From the NCBI GenBank assembly GCA_951406725.2, contig OX597827.1, forward strand, positions 24,552,001 through 24,616,000: a DNA stretch of 64,000 nucleotides. The letters are read 5' to 3'. This document shows positions 42,400-57,476 of the stretch, in pieces. How positions within the stretch are numbered: position 1 is the stretch's first letter; every line of letters starts with the position of its first letter. A program made the translations under genes and the position numbers. The notes beneath the pieces are model-generated. The model made no database searches. It was not told the origin of the DNA and was given only the letters and a program-made list of their open reading frames with translations. The stretch is from Octopus vulgaris (lineage: Eukaryota).

Positions 42400-42790
42400 T
42401 GGAGTAACACCTGTCCTTAAGTCTTGTGAGTCTTTCACAGGATTCTTGCAGAATACAGGATTGCTCTTCCCTGCAGGTTGACAATGCCTCTCTCAGTTCT
42501 CAATTCCCAAATCCTTCAGCCTGACAGGTAGCAGCTTGACTGTTGTGTCAAGTGCACTGATTACCACAGGTAAACATTCCCTAATAGGTCCTATTGTCAT
42601 TTTGTGCCCTTCATTTCTTAATCTTTGCAGCAGTGGTTTGATAACGCTGAAGCTCATCCTGTTGTATAGTGGGACACTTGCTGCATCAGGAATCCCCGTA
42701 TTTGGGGATCTGGTCTCACGAACCCAGTTGTGATAATACTTTTTAGTTTGCATCCCACTCAAAGAGAACTTTGGTATTGAAGTGTGACAA
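42400..42790 (-). pseudogene. R4/Dong-like non-LTR element, restriction-like endonuclease 3' remnant
   Basis: PDAASVPLYN..PVVISALDTTVKLLPVRLKDLGIE..LQGRAILYSARIL resembles R4-clade ID.AVP.D.N..PVVIGALG..LQK..LL.TARILR. Confidence 0.6.
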
Positions 42791-43709
42791 CCAATCGCGT
42801 TTTTACTGAGGCACCAACTTTAGTGAGATGCTAACCAAGCCTAGAAGATTCTCCTCCATTTCTTATTTCTTTATTGCCCACAAGGAGCTAAACACAGAGG
42901 GGACAAAGACAGAAAAAGGGATTAAGTTGATTATATCGACCCCAGTGCGTAACTGGTACTTAATTTATCGACCCCAAAAGGATGAAAGGCCAAGTCGACC
43001 TTGGTGGAATTTGAACTCAGAATGTAGCGGCAGACGAAATGCCGCTAAGCATTTCGCCTGGCGTGCTAATGTTTCTGCCAGCTCGCCGCCTTTATTCTCT
43101 TCCATTTGTAATAGACCTAACTCTGAAAGGGCAAACTCTGTTGCTTTTGGTCAATGGGGTACTCATTATCACTATTACTACTCTCAGGCTTAAAAGTGAC
43201 AGAATCGTTATCATACTGGGCAAACAGCTTAGCAGTATTTCGTCTGCCATTATGTTCTGAGTTCAAATTCTGTGGAAGTTGACTTTACCTTTCATCCTTT
43301 CAGGGTCGATAAATTAAATAGCAGTCTCCTTCTGGCCTTGTGCCTTCATTAGAAAGGATTATTACTCTCAGGTGCTTGTAATTGTGTAGATGTCATTGAC
43401 AGCTAGAAAAGACTTTGAGCTGAAAGTGAGTCAGCGGGGAGAGGTTATATAGTTGCACATAAAATTCCCCATTACTTAACAAAAACTTGAGGTCTGTTTG
43501 TCATAAAATATTTCATGACACAGAGAAATCCCCCACCTTTCACATAATCACTATTTGAGGTGCATCCCTGCAGGAAAGGAACACTGAAGATCTGGCATTC
43601 CCCTCTAATCTAAACTGATTACACCTGTTGCTATGTAGGAGTGGTAATTAATGACTTGCCAGCCCTCTCTTCACTACATATGCAGCTATGCTTATGTGTG
43701 TGTGTATGC

Positions 43710-43748
43710 ATCTATCTATCTATCCATCTGTCTGTCTGCCTGCCTGCA

Positions 43749-43825
<77 letters not shown>

Positions 43826-43919
43826 GCCTGCCTGCCTACCTACCTAACTGTCTGTCTGTCTGCCTGCCTGCCTGCCTGCCTACCTACCTACCTACCTACC
43901 TACCTACCTACCTACCTAA

Positions 43920-43953
<34 letters not shown>

Positions 43954-43990
43954 CTCTACGTCTGCCTGTCTGTCTGTCTGTCTGTCTATA
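43710..43990. repeat. (TCTA)/(TCTG)/(CCTG)/(CCTA) compound tetranucleotide microsatellite
   Basis: Direct inspection. Confidence 0.95.
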
Positions 43991-44004
43991 TCAACATATA
44001 TACA

Positions 44005-44955
44005 TAAGGGCCTCTCCCTCAGAGTGAAAGGCAAATTGTATGATGCCTGTATGCAAACAGTCATGCTACACAGCAGTGAAGCATAGGTTGTGGTTGCTGA
44101 GGACATGCGTAGTCTTGAAAGAAATGAAGCTAGTATGCTTTGCTTGATGTGCAATCTCAGTATGCGTGCATGACAGAGTGTAAGTGTCTTGAGAGAAAAA
44201 GTTAGGCATAAGAGGTATCGGATGTGGTGTTCAAGAGAGACGACTGCATTGGTATGGTCATCTGATGTGCATGGATGAGGACAGCTGTGTGAAGAAGTGC
44301 CGATCTCTACCAGTGGTAGAAAGTCATGGAAGAGGGACACACAGGAAGACATGGGATGAAGTGCTGCAGCATGATCTCCAAACGCTGGGCCTCATGGAAG
44401 CAATGATGAGTGACCGAGACATTTCGTGATATGCCATGCTTGTGTAAACCTGTCAAACCAAGTGAAATCATGGTTATGGCCGTTTTTGGTGTCACGTTAC
44501 AAGCACCAGTGCCAGTGGCATGTGAAAAGCACCCTTCAGGTGTCGGACCTCATGGAGATAAAGGGGCCAGTGCTGCTGTTGTATAACTAGCCCCCGTGCC
44601 AGTGCCACATAAAAGGCACCTTTTGAGCAGTGGGCTTCACAGTGGCAATGGCAAATGACCGAGTCCTATGGCAATATGTGGTGCTTGAGAAGGCAGTTCC
44701 ATCAAGCCAAGCGAAACCATAGTCATGGCAGATACCGGTGTCACGCGAATGGCACCCATACAGGTGGCATGTAAAAGCATCCATTACACTTTCAGAGTGG
44801 TTGGCGTTAAGAAGGGCATCCAGCTTTAGAAAACAATGCCAAATCAGACTGTGATCAGTTGTGGCCCCCTCAGGTTACCAGCCCTGGTCAAACTGTCCAA
44901 CCCATGCCTGCCAGCATGGACAATGGACATTAAATAATGATGATGATGATGATGA
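44005..44955 (+). mobile_element. RTE-clade LINE 3' fragment
   Basis: [49 protein letters not shown], followed by the sub-repeated UTR and (GAT)n tail. Confidence 0.85.
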
Positions 44956-47104
44956 TTTATATATATACATACATACATATGTATGTATGTATGTATATAA
45001 CACATGCTAGCATGGAAAGCGGACTTTAAACGATGATGATGATATATATATATATACTTGTTTCAGTCATTTGACTGTGGCCATGCCAGAGCACTGCGTT
45101 TAGTCGAGCAAATCGACCCCAGGACTTATTCTTTGTAAGCCTAGTACTTATTCTATCGGCCTCTTTTGCTGAACCGCTAAGTGATGTGGACGTAAACACA
45201 CCAGCATCGGTTGTCAAGCAATGTTGGGGGGGGGGGGGCAAACACAGACACACAAACATACACACACACATATATACGACGGGCTTCTTTCAGTTTCTGT
45301 CTACCAAATCCACTCACAAGGCTTTGGTCGGCCTGAGGCTATAGTAGAAGACACTTGCCCAAGGTGCCATGCAGTGAGACTGAACCCGGAACCATGTGGT
45401 TGGTAAGCAAGCTACTTACCACACAACCACTCCTACTCCTTTATTATTATTATTATTATTATTATTAACAGACATAGCAAAAGAAGTGCCAATGTCTAAC
45501 TGCAGGGGGAGCCTGTGGAAGGAAGATGTGGGACAAGGTTGTGAAATATGATGTTGAGTTTTTTGATGGATGCTGAGTCTGATGGAGGTGATGACAAGTG
45601 ACTGGGACCTTTGCGGGATTTGCTGTGCTTGCAAAAGACATGTCAAGCCACGTGAAATTGTAGTCATGGCCAGTGTTGGTGACATGTAAAGGCACCCGTG
45701 CCAGTGGCACATAAAAAGGCACCTGTGCCAGTGACACATAAAAAGGCAGCCGTGCTAGTGACATGTAAAAGACACACCCAATATACTCTGTGGAATGGTT
45801 GGCTTAGGAAGGGCACCAAGTTATGGAAACCCAGCCAAAACAGACAGGAGCCTGGTGCAGCTGTCTGGCTTACCAGCTCCAGTCAAACTGTCGGACCCAT
45901 GTCAACGTGGAAAGCAGACACTAAAGGATGATGGTGATGATGATGATGATGATGATGATGATGACGACGATGATGATGGTGGTGTTATGAGACAATTTTC
46001 ATTATAAAAAAATTCCATACATGATCTCCCATAGAGAAAAAATGGGCCCAGCACTTTCTTATCTTTTTTCCTGACCTACTTCACTCCCTCCCTCCCTCTC
46101 CACCACCATTTTTATTGTGAAATACATGATTCACCTGCTTGGCACTCACTATCCCTCCTTCTCTTCCTCCTCCTTGTAATGTATAGGAGAATTTCCTCTC
46201 GCGATCCTATACTTTTATGTGCAAGCATGGCTGTGTGGTAAGAAGCTTGTTTCTCAGCCACATAGTTCCAGGTTCAGTTTTGCTGTGTGGCCCCTTGAGC
46301 AAATGTCTTCTATTATATAACCTTGGACCGACCAAAGTCTTGTGATGGATTTGGTAGATGGAAACTGAAAGAAGCTTGTTGTATGTATATATATGTATGT
46401 GTGTCTGTGTGTGTGTATGAGTGTCTATGTGTCTGTGTTTGTCACCTGCCACTGCTCAACAACTGGTGTTGGTGTGTTTACCTCCCCCTAACCTAGCGGT
46501 TCAGTAAAAGATACTGACAGAATGAATACCAGGCTTAAGAAAATCACTGGAGTTGATTCATTCAGCAAAAAAATCTTTGAAGCAGTGTCCCAGCATGGCC
46601 ACAGTCTAATGACTGAAACATTTAAAAGATGAAAGATGCATGTGTGTGTGTGTGTGTGTGTGTATGTGTGTGTGTGTGTGTGTGTGTGAGTGTGTGTGTT
46701 TGTGTGTGAGTGTGTGTGTTTGTGTCTGTGTGAGTGTGTGTGTTTGTGTGTGTGTGTTTGTGTGTGTGTATGTATGTTAGTGCCACACTAATGTATAAAA
46801 CATATATATTATGTACCTTACCGAGTTTTGTGTACAATGGTGTTAAAAACAGAGTGCTACAGAAACAATTGTAACGGGTCCTTAAAGGTGTGTTAAACTG
46901 TTTTCTTGTTTGGATTATATTTTACGTTTTGCTAGATCTACACATTGGATACACCAGTTGGTACCTAGGTTTTCTACACCTGAAGAATTTCATTCTTACT
47001 TTAGACTATAATTCAATGGTGATGACAGGTTAGAGCTCAAGCTGAGTGCTGCATTGGAAATACTTTGATTTTCTACCTGTTCTGAACCATCATATATGTA
47101 TATC

Positions 47105-48223
<1,119 letters not shown>

Positions 48224-48268
48224 ATCGAGCAGTTACTGTCTATATCTCTTTTAGAGAATTATTATTGC

Positions 48269-48310
<42 letters not shown>

Positions 48311-48315
48311 AATAA

Positions 48316-48780
48316 ATAATTTACAAGATAAGGGCAAAAGAAAAATTCTAATGCCAAATATGCCTAAACAAAAATTGTCAATAACCATTATAATTTATGT
48401 GTCTCGAAACAAACCGATAGAAATTTCTAAAAATTCATTATTACCGTATTGGTCCAATTTCGGAGTTAATTCATAAGAATTTTCTCCTCTTCAGCAGCAA
48501 ATACGCGAGATATTGGGGTACTTAGGTCTGCTCAGGACTTAGTGCTTGCTTTTTCCATGGGTATGAGTAAGTATTTCACTTATATCTCGCGTATTTGCTG
48601 CTGAAGAGGAGAAAATTCTTATGAATTAACTACGAAATTGGACCAATACGGTAATAACGAATTTTTTAGAAATTTCTATCGGTTTGTTTCGAGACACATA
48701 AATTATAATGGTTATTGACAATTTTTGTTTAGGCATATTTGACATTAGAATTTTTCTTTTGCCCTTATCTTGTAAATTAT
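48316..48780. mobile_element. Young inverted-repeat element (~198-bp arms, 68-bp spacer) with two hammerhead motifs
   Basis: Arms 48316-48513 and 48582-48780; TATTTGCTG-CTGAAGA-GGAG..CTCC-GAAA-TTGGACCAA-TA-CGGTAATA at 48439-48503(-) and 48592-48656(+). Confidence 0.85.
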
Positions 48781-48862
48781 ATATAAATTTAACCTTTAAA
48801 GGTATTTTTTGATATGCTGGCCATTGATGAAATTTTTTTCCCGAAAAAAATTTTATCCTACA

Positions 48863-48907
<45 letters not shown>

Positions 48908-48915
48908 GGTGTCAA

Positions 48916-49001
48916 TACATTACGGCTGTTTCAAGCAACACCTTTAAGTGATTAATGAAAACATTACATCATTTGAAATGAACCGTTCTCATCAGAACAT
49001 A
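48916..49001 (-). ncRNA. Type I hammerhead motif related to the 11.2-kb family
   Basis: Minus strand TATGTT-CTGATGA-(~56 nt containing CATTTCAAATGATGTAAT)-GAAAC-AGCC-GTA-ATGTA. Confidence 0.55.
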
Positions 49002-49151
49002 ACCATTTCCTTAATACATTCACATCAATAATGGAGTTCAAAATATTTGCATTGTTTCAGTTGTTCTATCTTTAACAAGGTGCCTCAGTTTAAGTACCTA
49101 ACTAAACAGAACCTTAATTATATTTTATATACATACATATGTATATATCTA

Positions 49152-49187
<36 letters not shown>

Positions 49188-49789
49188 GGTCTATCTATCT
49201 ATACATACATACATACATATATATATATAAAAACGAAATGTTATATACATATATATATATATAAGTATGTATTTATATACAAGTGTGCATAAGTATGTGT
49301 GCATGCATATATATATGTGTATATAATATAAATGTATACCTGTCTATCAATTTATCTACCTACCTACCTACCTGCCAATCCAACCATCCATCCATCTATG
49401 GATTGTTGACAGATCAGCTCCAAGTAAGTTGGCTCTATTTCTATAGGAAAATCTGTTAGCTGTTAAATATTTTTTGTCAAAGACGTGTTTAACATCTCCT
49501 TTAACCTAAGTAAATCTTTTAATATGAAATTCCCCTGCTGTGGATGAATTTCCAAAATTTCCAAAATTTTCTTTGGTTTTCTTTTGTCATCTTCTAAACT
49601 AAAATGGCTAAATCAAACCAGGAAGCCACTCTCATTGACTTCCAGCCTCTACCAGAGCCAGAGGTGAGGGAGGCTGAAAAGAACGTCATTTTCCTTGAAT
49701 GCACAGACAAGAACATGAGTCTGATCGTAGAAGATATAAACAAAGTAAAGACATTTACTACTACAAACACTGCCTCCACCATCACCACC

Positions 49790-51090
49790 ATCATCGATTA
49801 CCGTCTGACCGTCGTGCCTTGTCTCGACCCTACCATCACCAAGCTGGAACGCATACTTTCTGCTTTTTGTGGAAGGGAAGAATTCCAATGGTTAGGCAAT
49901 CCATTTGCTGTCAACACCTGCTAAATGGAGGGCTGGGCATGCCGTGGTTGATGATGTGCAGACATGCACTGAGATTGACATCTCTGGCGCATCATAGATG
50001 ATGGTCAACAGGTGTGGTTGTTGTATGTGTGGCATGCTTTCCTGCAGCTCGTCTCTTCGGCTGAACTGCAGTCATGGATCAAACAGAGACCGAGGCTAGA
50101 TGAATGGCACCGTGAGTGCTGCCTTGCTCTCAAGCAACTCTGCCATCTGGGAACAAATTTGTATGACTTCAATTCCACGAAGGCATTCTATAGAGGATTA
50201 GTGGAGGGGAGGTGCGATGATGTTCTTGGTGAGAATCTGGGCATCGATGAGGAACACCTGACCTGCCTGTTCAGGACAACGTTCAGGCCGGGACCTATGG
50301 ACAATCACTGGAAATCCCTGGCCTGGCAGTGCTATTGGGAAGCATTGCCTGTTTGGGATAAGCTCTACAGGCACGGTTTGAGATACACCAGACTGACTGG
50401 CCTGAGATGCAGTCACAGTGACGAAAAAACCATTCTGCATGCACTCATGCAGTGTCCAACCATTTCGGACCTGTGGGCTTATGCCAAACAGCTGCTGTCA
50501 TGTGTGGGATGAGTTTGCTTGTTGGCCGAGTCTATCATGAAATTTTCTCTGCCACCTTCCCTTAACCGGGAAGGCAAAGCAGTGTTCATTGTATTGGTGG
50601 ACATGGTGAAAGAATGTGTGTGGTGGACTCAAGAGAAAGGTTTAGAAACAAACACTTTCCTCTCTGGCCAATTGCTCATCAACTTTTTCAAGTACCACTT
50701 GAAAAGGAAGGTGAGAATAGAGATACAGGTTTTGTCTCATGAAAGTTTCTATAAAAGGTGGGTGAATGTAGCAAAGATGGTGCATGCGAGTGATGAAACC
50801 ACTTTGAGCATGATCCTGTTAATCGAAACAAGAGAGGGAGCACTTTGCTCTGATGTGATTTTTCCCTCTCTGCCTGATGTTATCATGGTCTTTTCATAGG
50901 CTTTTCTTTCCACAGATAAACCTAATCTGTTTTTTACATTTTTGCTCTGTTCTATGATACACGATCCCTTTTGATTATTTTTTTTTACACAATCTTTTTT
51001 GATCAGAATCATTTCCCCCTTTTTTTTTCTACTTTCTCCTTTTTTGTCTTTTGAAAAGAAAAGGTCTACACTGTGTGGTTAATAAATAAA
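49790..51090 (+). mobile_element. L1/Tx1-clade LINE 3' fragment, disrupted
   Basis: NGGLGMP, LAWQCYWEALPVWDKL, zinc-knuckle-like RCSHSDEKTILHALMQC; T-rich 3' UTR and AATAAATAAA end. Confidence 0.8.
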
Positions 51091-51095
51091 GGAAG

Positions 51096-51155
<60 letters not shown>

Positions 51156-52199
51156 TTCAGCTGTCTTCCTTGCCCTGCGCAGCCCTTAATGGCCAATTGT
51201 AAGTCACAAGGTAACTTCACGGGTGGTGGTGCCTTGAAAAGAGTCTCCAGTAAATTCTGTAGAGTGATTGGAACAAAGAAAGGCATCTAGCCTAAGAAAC
51301 CATGCCGAAACTGAGGCATTGGCACAAGACAAGATCCTCCAATCCACCGGATCTCCTTGAACTGTCCAACACATGTTAGTACAGCAAATGCACATCAGAT
51401 GATGATGATGGTGGTGGTGGTGACGATGATGATGATCCTGTGAATTAATAACCTCTTGCAGTGTTAGTTAATTCTAAATTCCTAACAGAGTATTAATTAG
51501 TGTAATTAGAGTAATTAAATTAGAGCGAGGTGTATGTGTGTGTGTGTTTATAGTCGGAGATCAATAAGTGAGAAAGGCAATGGAAAGGAACAATGGCAAA
51601 TGGAATCTCTTCAGAGAAGTTCTCATTGCATACCATTGCATGGACACAAAGTCTTCAGTGGAGCCTTTAATCACGCCCGATAAGTTAGGGGCCAAAACGT
51701 TATTATCACTGCCATCATCATCACCATCGTTGTCTTTATCACTGCCATCCTCCTCCCCACTCCTCCTCTCCCTCCACCCCCTCCTCCTCTCCCCCCACCC
51801 CTCCTCCTCCTCATCATCATCAACAGCAGCAGTAGCAGCACCACCACCACCACCATCATCATATTCCATTAATTGTTTCAGTAGTTATTGTTTAGCCCTA
51901 GGCCGTCAGCTCTGATTAAGAGCTGACAATCAGAGGCCATGGCCTTCCAGCTGTGACTAACCTGAGAAGGTATAATTGGAGAGGATATGGCTGCTATTTC
52001 TAGCAAATCAGGTGAAACAAATGGAGTCTCCCTCATTGCATAAGAATGAAGTGAAGGGACTTATAGAAATTTGTGCACACAAAGTCACTTATGTACATAC
52101 CAACATACATACATGCATATACATACTTATCAAAGTAGAACTTGATTTCCAGTGAAACCATTGCTTGATCTACCTTTTAAACATGAATAGCAATGATAT

Positions 52200-53485
52200 G
52201 ATTTCATTCTCGTGAGGTTTTAGTTATTGCTTCCATGAAGCCCAACATTTGAAAGGAGCTTTTCATGTGCCACCGGCATCAGCCATTTTGCTCCCATGAG
52301 ACCCAATGCTCGAACGGTGCTCTTTATGTGCCACCAGCATGGACGCCAGTTACGTGACACCAACATCAGACATGACTATGATTTCACTTGGCTTGATGGG
52401 TCTTCTCAAGCACAGCATATCACCAAAGGTCTCAGTTCACTAGTCATTGCCTCTGTGAGGCCCAAAGTTTGAAGATCCATCTCATTTCATGTCTTTCTGG
52501 GTCTACCTCTGTTACAGGTTCCCTCCACAATTAGAGATCAGTACTTCTTTACACAGCTGTCCTCGTCCATACACATCACATGACCATACCAGTGCAGTCG
52601 TTTCTCTTGCACACCACATCTGATGCCTCTTATGCCCAACTTTTCTCTCAAGATATTTACACTCTGTTGAACATGCACACTGACATTGCACATCCAGCGA
52701 AGTATACTGGCTTCATTTCTTTCAAGCCTATGCCTGTTACACCCCATGTTTCACTGCTGTGAAGTCATACAGTCTACCTTTCACTCTGAGGGAGAGGCCC
52801 TTTGTTGCCAGCTGAGGTAGGAGCTCTCTGAACTTTGCCCAGCCTAGTTTTATTCTCACAGCTAAGCTCTCAGAGCATCCACTGCCACTACTAACTTAGT
52901 TACCTAGATAACGGAAGCTATCTACTACCTCTAGCTTAACTTGCTGGTAGTTGATGGAGTCTATTTTCTGTACATTTTGTTGTTTATTGTTGTTTATTGT
53001 ACCACAAACAAAAGCTATTTTCCCTGCTAACTTTCCTCTGATATTGCTGCACCTCTTATGTGTCTGTAGCTTACATTGGGTACATCTTATGGAGTTTCTA
53101 CCTATGGCTTTTCTACAGTTTGAACAGGGCCATCTACCTGAAGGGATTTGTGATTTGTCTGCCCTCCTACTTACCAAGACTTTGGTTTTTGCCAGGTTAA
53201 CTTGAAGGCCCTTCCATTCTAGACCTTGCTTCCATACCTGAAGCTTCTTCTCTAGTTCTGGTAGTGACTCAGCTATAAGAACAAGGTCATCAGAATAGAG
53301 GAGCTCCCAGGGGCAGCCTGTCTTAAATTCCTCTGTTATTACCTGGAAGACTATGATAAACAAGATGGGGTTGAGGACTGATCCTTGTACCTACTTGTAC
53401 CCTGGATTTTTTGTTGTACTGGTTGCCAACCCTCACCTTACTGGTAGTGTCCCCTGTACATGGCTTGTAAAGCTCCCACCAAGCC
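52200..53485 (-). mobile_element. RTE-clade LINE fragment including part of the RT
   Basis: CPWELLYSDDLVLIAES, GLQVNLAKTKVL, WPCSNCRK..CTQC..HKRCS, VDSFRYLG, LERNEASILRWMCNV. Confidence 0.88.
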
Positions 53486-53637
53486 ATGCAACTGTTATGC
53501 ATGAGAATACAAACATAAAACAAAGCATACAAATCTACACATATATATATAAAAACACCCTCTTGATGTTGAAATTCCAATGAAGGAGCCTTGGATCTAG
53601 GTTAGAAACCAGTTCTTTCTCTATTGAAATTAAACTG

Positions 53638-54000
53638 AACAAGAGCACTCAGAGAGTGCAAAACTTCACCAAGGCAACACCAATGTCCTCTCAATGATTA
53701 GCCAGAGAAGATTTTTAAAATGAGAATATCTGAAATAAACTCAACTGCTCTCACAAACGGGAATACTAATAATGAACCTGACCGCTCTCAAAAATTAAGT
53801 AAAAAAGCAGGAAAAATAATCCAGAATCCTTGTCCAAAACCAGATCAATCCCAACATTTAATCAGTTCATGCCAGTCATGAAGCCAAACATCCCTGAAAG
53901 TTTCATCCGAATCCATCCAGCAATTCTTGAGAAATCTTGTTCAAGGACAAACAAACACAACTGAAAAACAATACCTCTGCCTTTGCTAAGAAGGAGATAA
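53638..54000 (-). mobile_element. Helentron-associated non-autonomous element (HINE/DINE-like)
   Basis: AACAAGAGCACTCAGAGAGTGCAAAACTTCACCAAGGC end, central AAAGTTTCATCCGAATCCATCCAG, and ACAAACAAAC..AACAATACCTCTGCC end. Confidence 0.55.
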
Positions 54001-54536
54001 TAATGACACACACATATACATGGACACATACACGTATATACATGAACATGCATACACATACAGACTTACATACATTCATAAATATGTACGTAGTGGAAGT
54101 TAGCACGTGACTAAGTAAAACCACTTCCTAAATTCTGAGAGTCTGTGCAAAGTTTCCAAGAATCGCAGAAGTTCCTGAGCCTGAATTTGTTTTGAATAGA
54201 TGAAGTGATGGACAGCAGGGACATCGTTTTTCAGTGCAATCAACTTTAAAACCAGTGACAAAACAAAAGTTGAGATGACCAGAAACCAACTGCACTTTGG
54301 ATTTTTAATACACATTTTCCTTCTCCTGGAATGAAAACTCAGCGTCCTTCACTCCTAGTTGTTCACTTGCTACTGTCCCAGAGTACAACAGGGAGCAGCA
54401 GTGGCTAAGAGATGGGTTGACACTTACTCAAAAACCTGGAACTCCAGTACCAAGGCCCCACTACACACATACAAATACATGTACACACATGCAAGCATAT
54501 ATATCTATCTTTGTGTGTGTGTATATACATACATAC

Positions 54537-54592
<56 letters not shown>

Positions 54593-54677
54593 GTATATAT
54601 GTGTGTGTATATATATGTGTATATATATATATAAATGTATATATATGTATATATATATGTGTATATATATATATATA

Positions 54678-54731
<54 letters not shown>

Positions 54732-54776
54732 CATATATATATATATATATATGTGCATATATATATATATATATGC

Positions 54777-54839
<63 letters not shown>

Positions 54840-54842
54840 GGA

Positions 54843-54892
<50 letters not shown>

Positions 54893-55454
54893 GCTTTCGG
54901 TGCACACACTTAGTAGTAGGAGAGAGAAAGGCAAAAAGAGAGAGAAAGAGAGTAAGAGAGAGAGAAAAAGAGACAGAGTGAGTGAGTGAGTGAGTGAGAG
55001 AGAGAGATGGTGATTATTGTTTGCTCCAATATCGAGAGTAACTGATTAGAATCAGAACAGATATGATTGCCAAAGAAAGGCCTGCTGCTAGTGGCCTTGG
55101 GGGAATTAAATGTGTGTTATCCACTGAGAGAGAGAGAGAGAGGAAGAGAGAGAGGGAGAGAGAGGGGAAGAGAGAGAGAGAGAAATATCCGAAGGCAATG
55201 AAGCGTTAGATGGAAGCCAAGCCATTGTTAGTGGTCAGTCTACTAAATCATTGCCAAGACAAGTGATGTGGTAAATAGTTTTGGCTATTGCCAGAAGACA
55301 ACCCACCCACGCCCTCTCCCACTCTCCCTCTCCCTCTAGGCATCCCACCCCCTCACCCACGTCACACCTCACTTCCATGGTCCCATCCCATCCCATCCTG
55401 TTCCTGCCACTTCACAGGGCTAACTTCTGATTAGTCAAACAGTATCAGCTGATT

Positions 55455-55860
55455 GCAGCAGCAGCAGCAGCAGCAACCCTTATAGGAACAAGTACAACAA
55501 CAACTGCATCTACAGTAACAAAACCACCGCCGCCAACACCACCACCACCACCACCACCGCCACCACCACCACCACCGCCACCACAACCGCCAACATGACC
55601 ACCACCACTGCCAACATCACCACCACCACCACCAACATCACCACCACCACCACCACCACCACCAACATCACCACCACCATCACCAACACCACCGCCGCTG
55701 CTGCCTTCACCATCAGCAACAACTATGGGAGCATGTATGACCACTGTGACTGCAGCCACAGCAACAGAACCACTAGCACTGCTACTACAATAACAACAGC
55801 AACTGTACAGTGATAGAAACAGCAGCATCTAACATCTACCACCACCTCCACCACCAGCAT
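55455..55860. repeat. (CCA)/(GCA)/(CAA) low-complexity trinucleotide region
   Basis: Direct inspection. Confidence 0.85.
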
Positions 55861-56247
55861 TTATATGGACATCAGTTAACTAGTACTGCTGCCGGTGCTG
55901 TTGGTGTTGTGCTGCTGCTGCTACTGCTGTTGGTCAGCTCTGTTTAAAGAGACTTGTTAATAATGTAAACAGCAGAGAACTTGATGGAGCAGAACAATTC
56001 TGTGGTGCAATTTTTGGTAAATAATCTTGCATTGATTTGTTCTTGGTGTAAAAACTTACCATTTCTATTGGAAGACTTTATTGGAAGTGAAATGGATGAG
56101 AATTCCTGTGAGTAATCTGGATAATCAGATTATTTTAATTCTCTGGTATATCCATGGTGTGTCAAGGACGCAGAGAATAGAGCTGAGGAAGGGGCAGAGC
56201 CCATGAGGACACTTGTGATCCTTTAAAAACTGGTGAGACTGAGGTGG

Positions 56248-56477
56248 TTAATCCCTTATAGCGTTCAGATGACTTTACCAAATGTAATGCTTATTTATTC
56301 ATTGTTTTGAATTTAATCTTGCATTATCTTGTAGCTTTGAGATTTCAATGATGAGATTGTTTATTTCTAGAATGGCATTGTAGGGCAGGTGTGAGAGGCT
56401 GGATCTGGCCAGTTTGAATATAAAACAGGTAGAATATTCGGGCCAGATATGGCTGGTTTAAATGCTAAAAGGCTAAA
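56248..56477. mobile_element. piggyBac-like MITE, degenerate
   Basis: TTAA-TCCCTTATAGCGTT..AATGCTAAAAGG-CTAA termini resemble TTAA-CCCTTTAGC..GCTAAAGGG-TTAA. Confidence 0.5.
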
Positions 56478-57476
56478 GATCCGCCGAAACTATTGCAAGT
56501 CAGTGCCTTGTAGAAAAGAAGCAGGTTTCAGAAGATCAATGTTCTGGGGGAAAAGAATTGGTCTTAGAAGGTTTGGGAGAGAGAAGAAGGTAGGTTAGAC
56601 ACAGCGTGGGTGACAAGAAATGGGAAGGCATGTGGGCTGGGGGTACCAGAATGATGGAATTAGACTGATGAGCAGAGAGCATTAACAGAAGTGATAGAAG
56701 AACAGAGAGATAGATAGATAGAAAGATAGATAGATAGATAGAGGAAGTGAGAGAGAGAAAGAGCAAGAGGGAGGGGAGATAATAGTTTTGTGGGCCAGTG
56801 GCTGGAGTGTGTCTGTTAGTATGATGGAATGCCAATCAGCATATTGGCCAGTCTCTGGATGTAGTCCAAGATGCACAAGTTCTTAGTTTTTCATAGATTT
56901 CATTCAGAAATCAATTTGGATTTCATTGACCCGTGTTAGAATAATCATCATCATCGTTTAACGTCTGATTTCCATGCTATTTCCATGCGATTTCCATGCG
57001 ATTTCCATTGGACGAATGACTGAGGGCTGGCGAACCAGATGACTGCACCAGGCTCCAGTTTTGATCTGGCAGAGTTTCTACAGCTGGATGCCCTTCCTAA
57101 CACCAACCACTCTGAGAGTGTAGTGGGTGCTTTTATGTGCCACCGGCAAGGGGCCAGTCAGGCGGTACTGGGAACGACCTCGCTCAAATCTTTTACACAT
57201 GCCTCCGGCACAGGTGCTAGTAAGGCGATGCTGGTAACGATTATGCTTGAATGGTGTCTTTTATGGCAACAATCACGCTCGGATGGTACTCTTAATACCC
57301 TACTAGCATGGAGCTTGAGTGCCAGTAAGGCGATGCTGGTAACAATCACGCTCGAATGGTGCCTTTTAAGTGCCACTGGCACGGAAGCCGGTTAGCTGCT
57401 CTGTCAATGATGACACTCGTATGGTGCTCTTTGCACCCCACTAGCACGGATGCCAGTCATCGAATTTGATTAATGT

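Noticed and set aside
55445-55828. Gly-rich / Thr-rich ORFs
   Set aside because: Low-complexity (CCA)n translation without splice or domain support.
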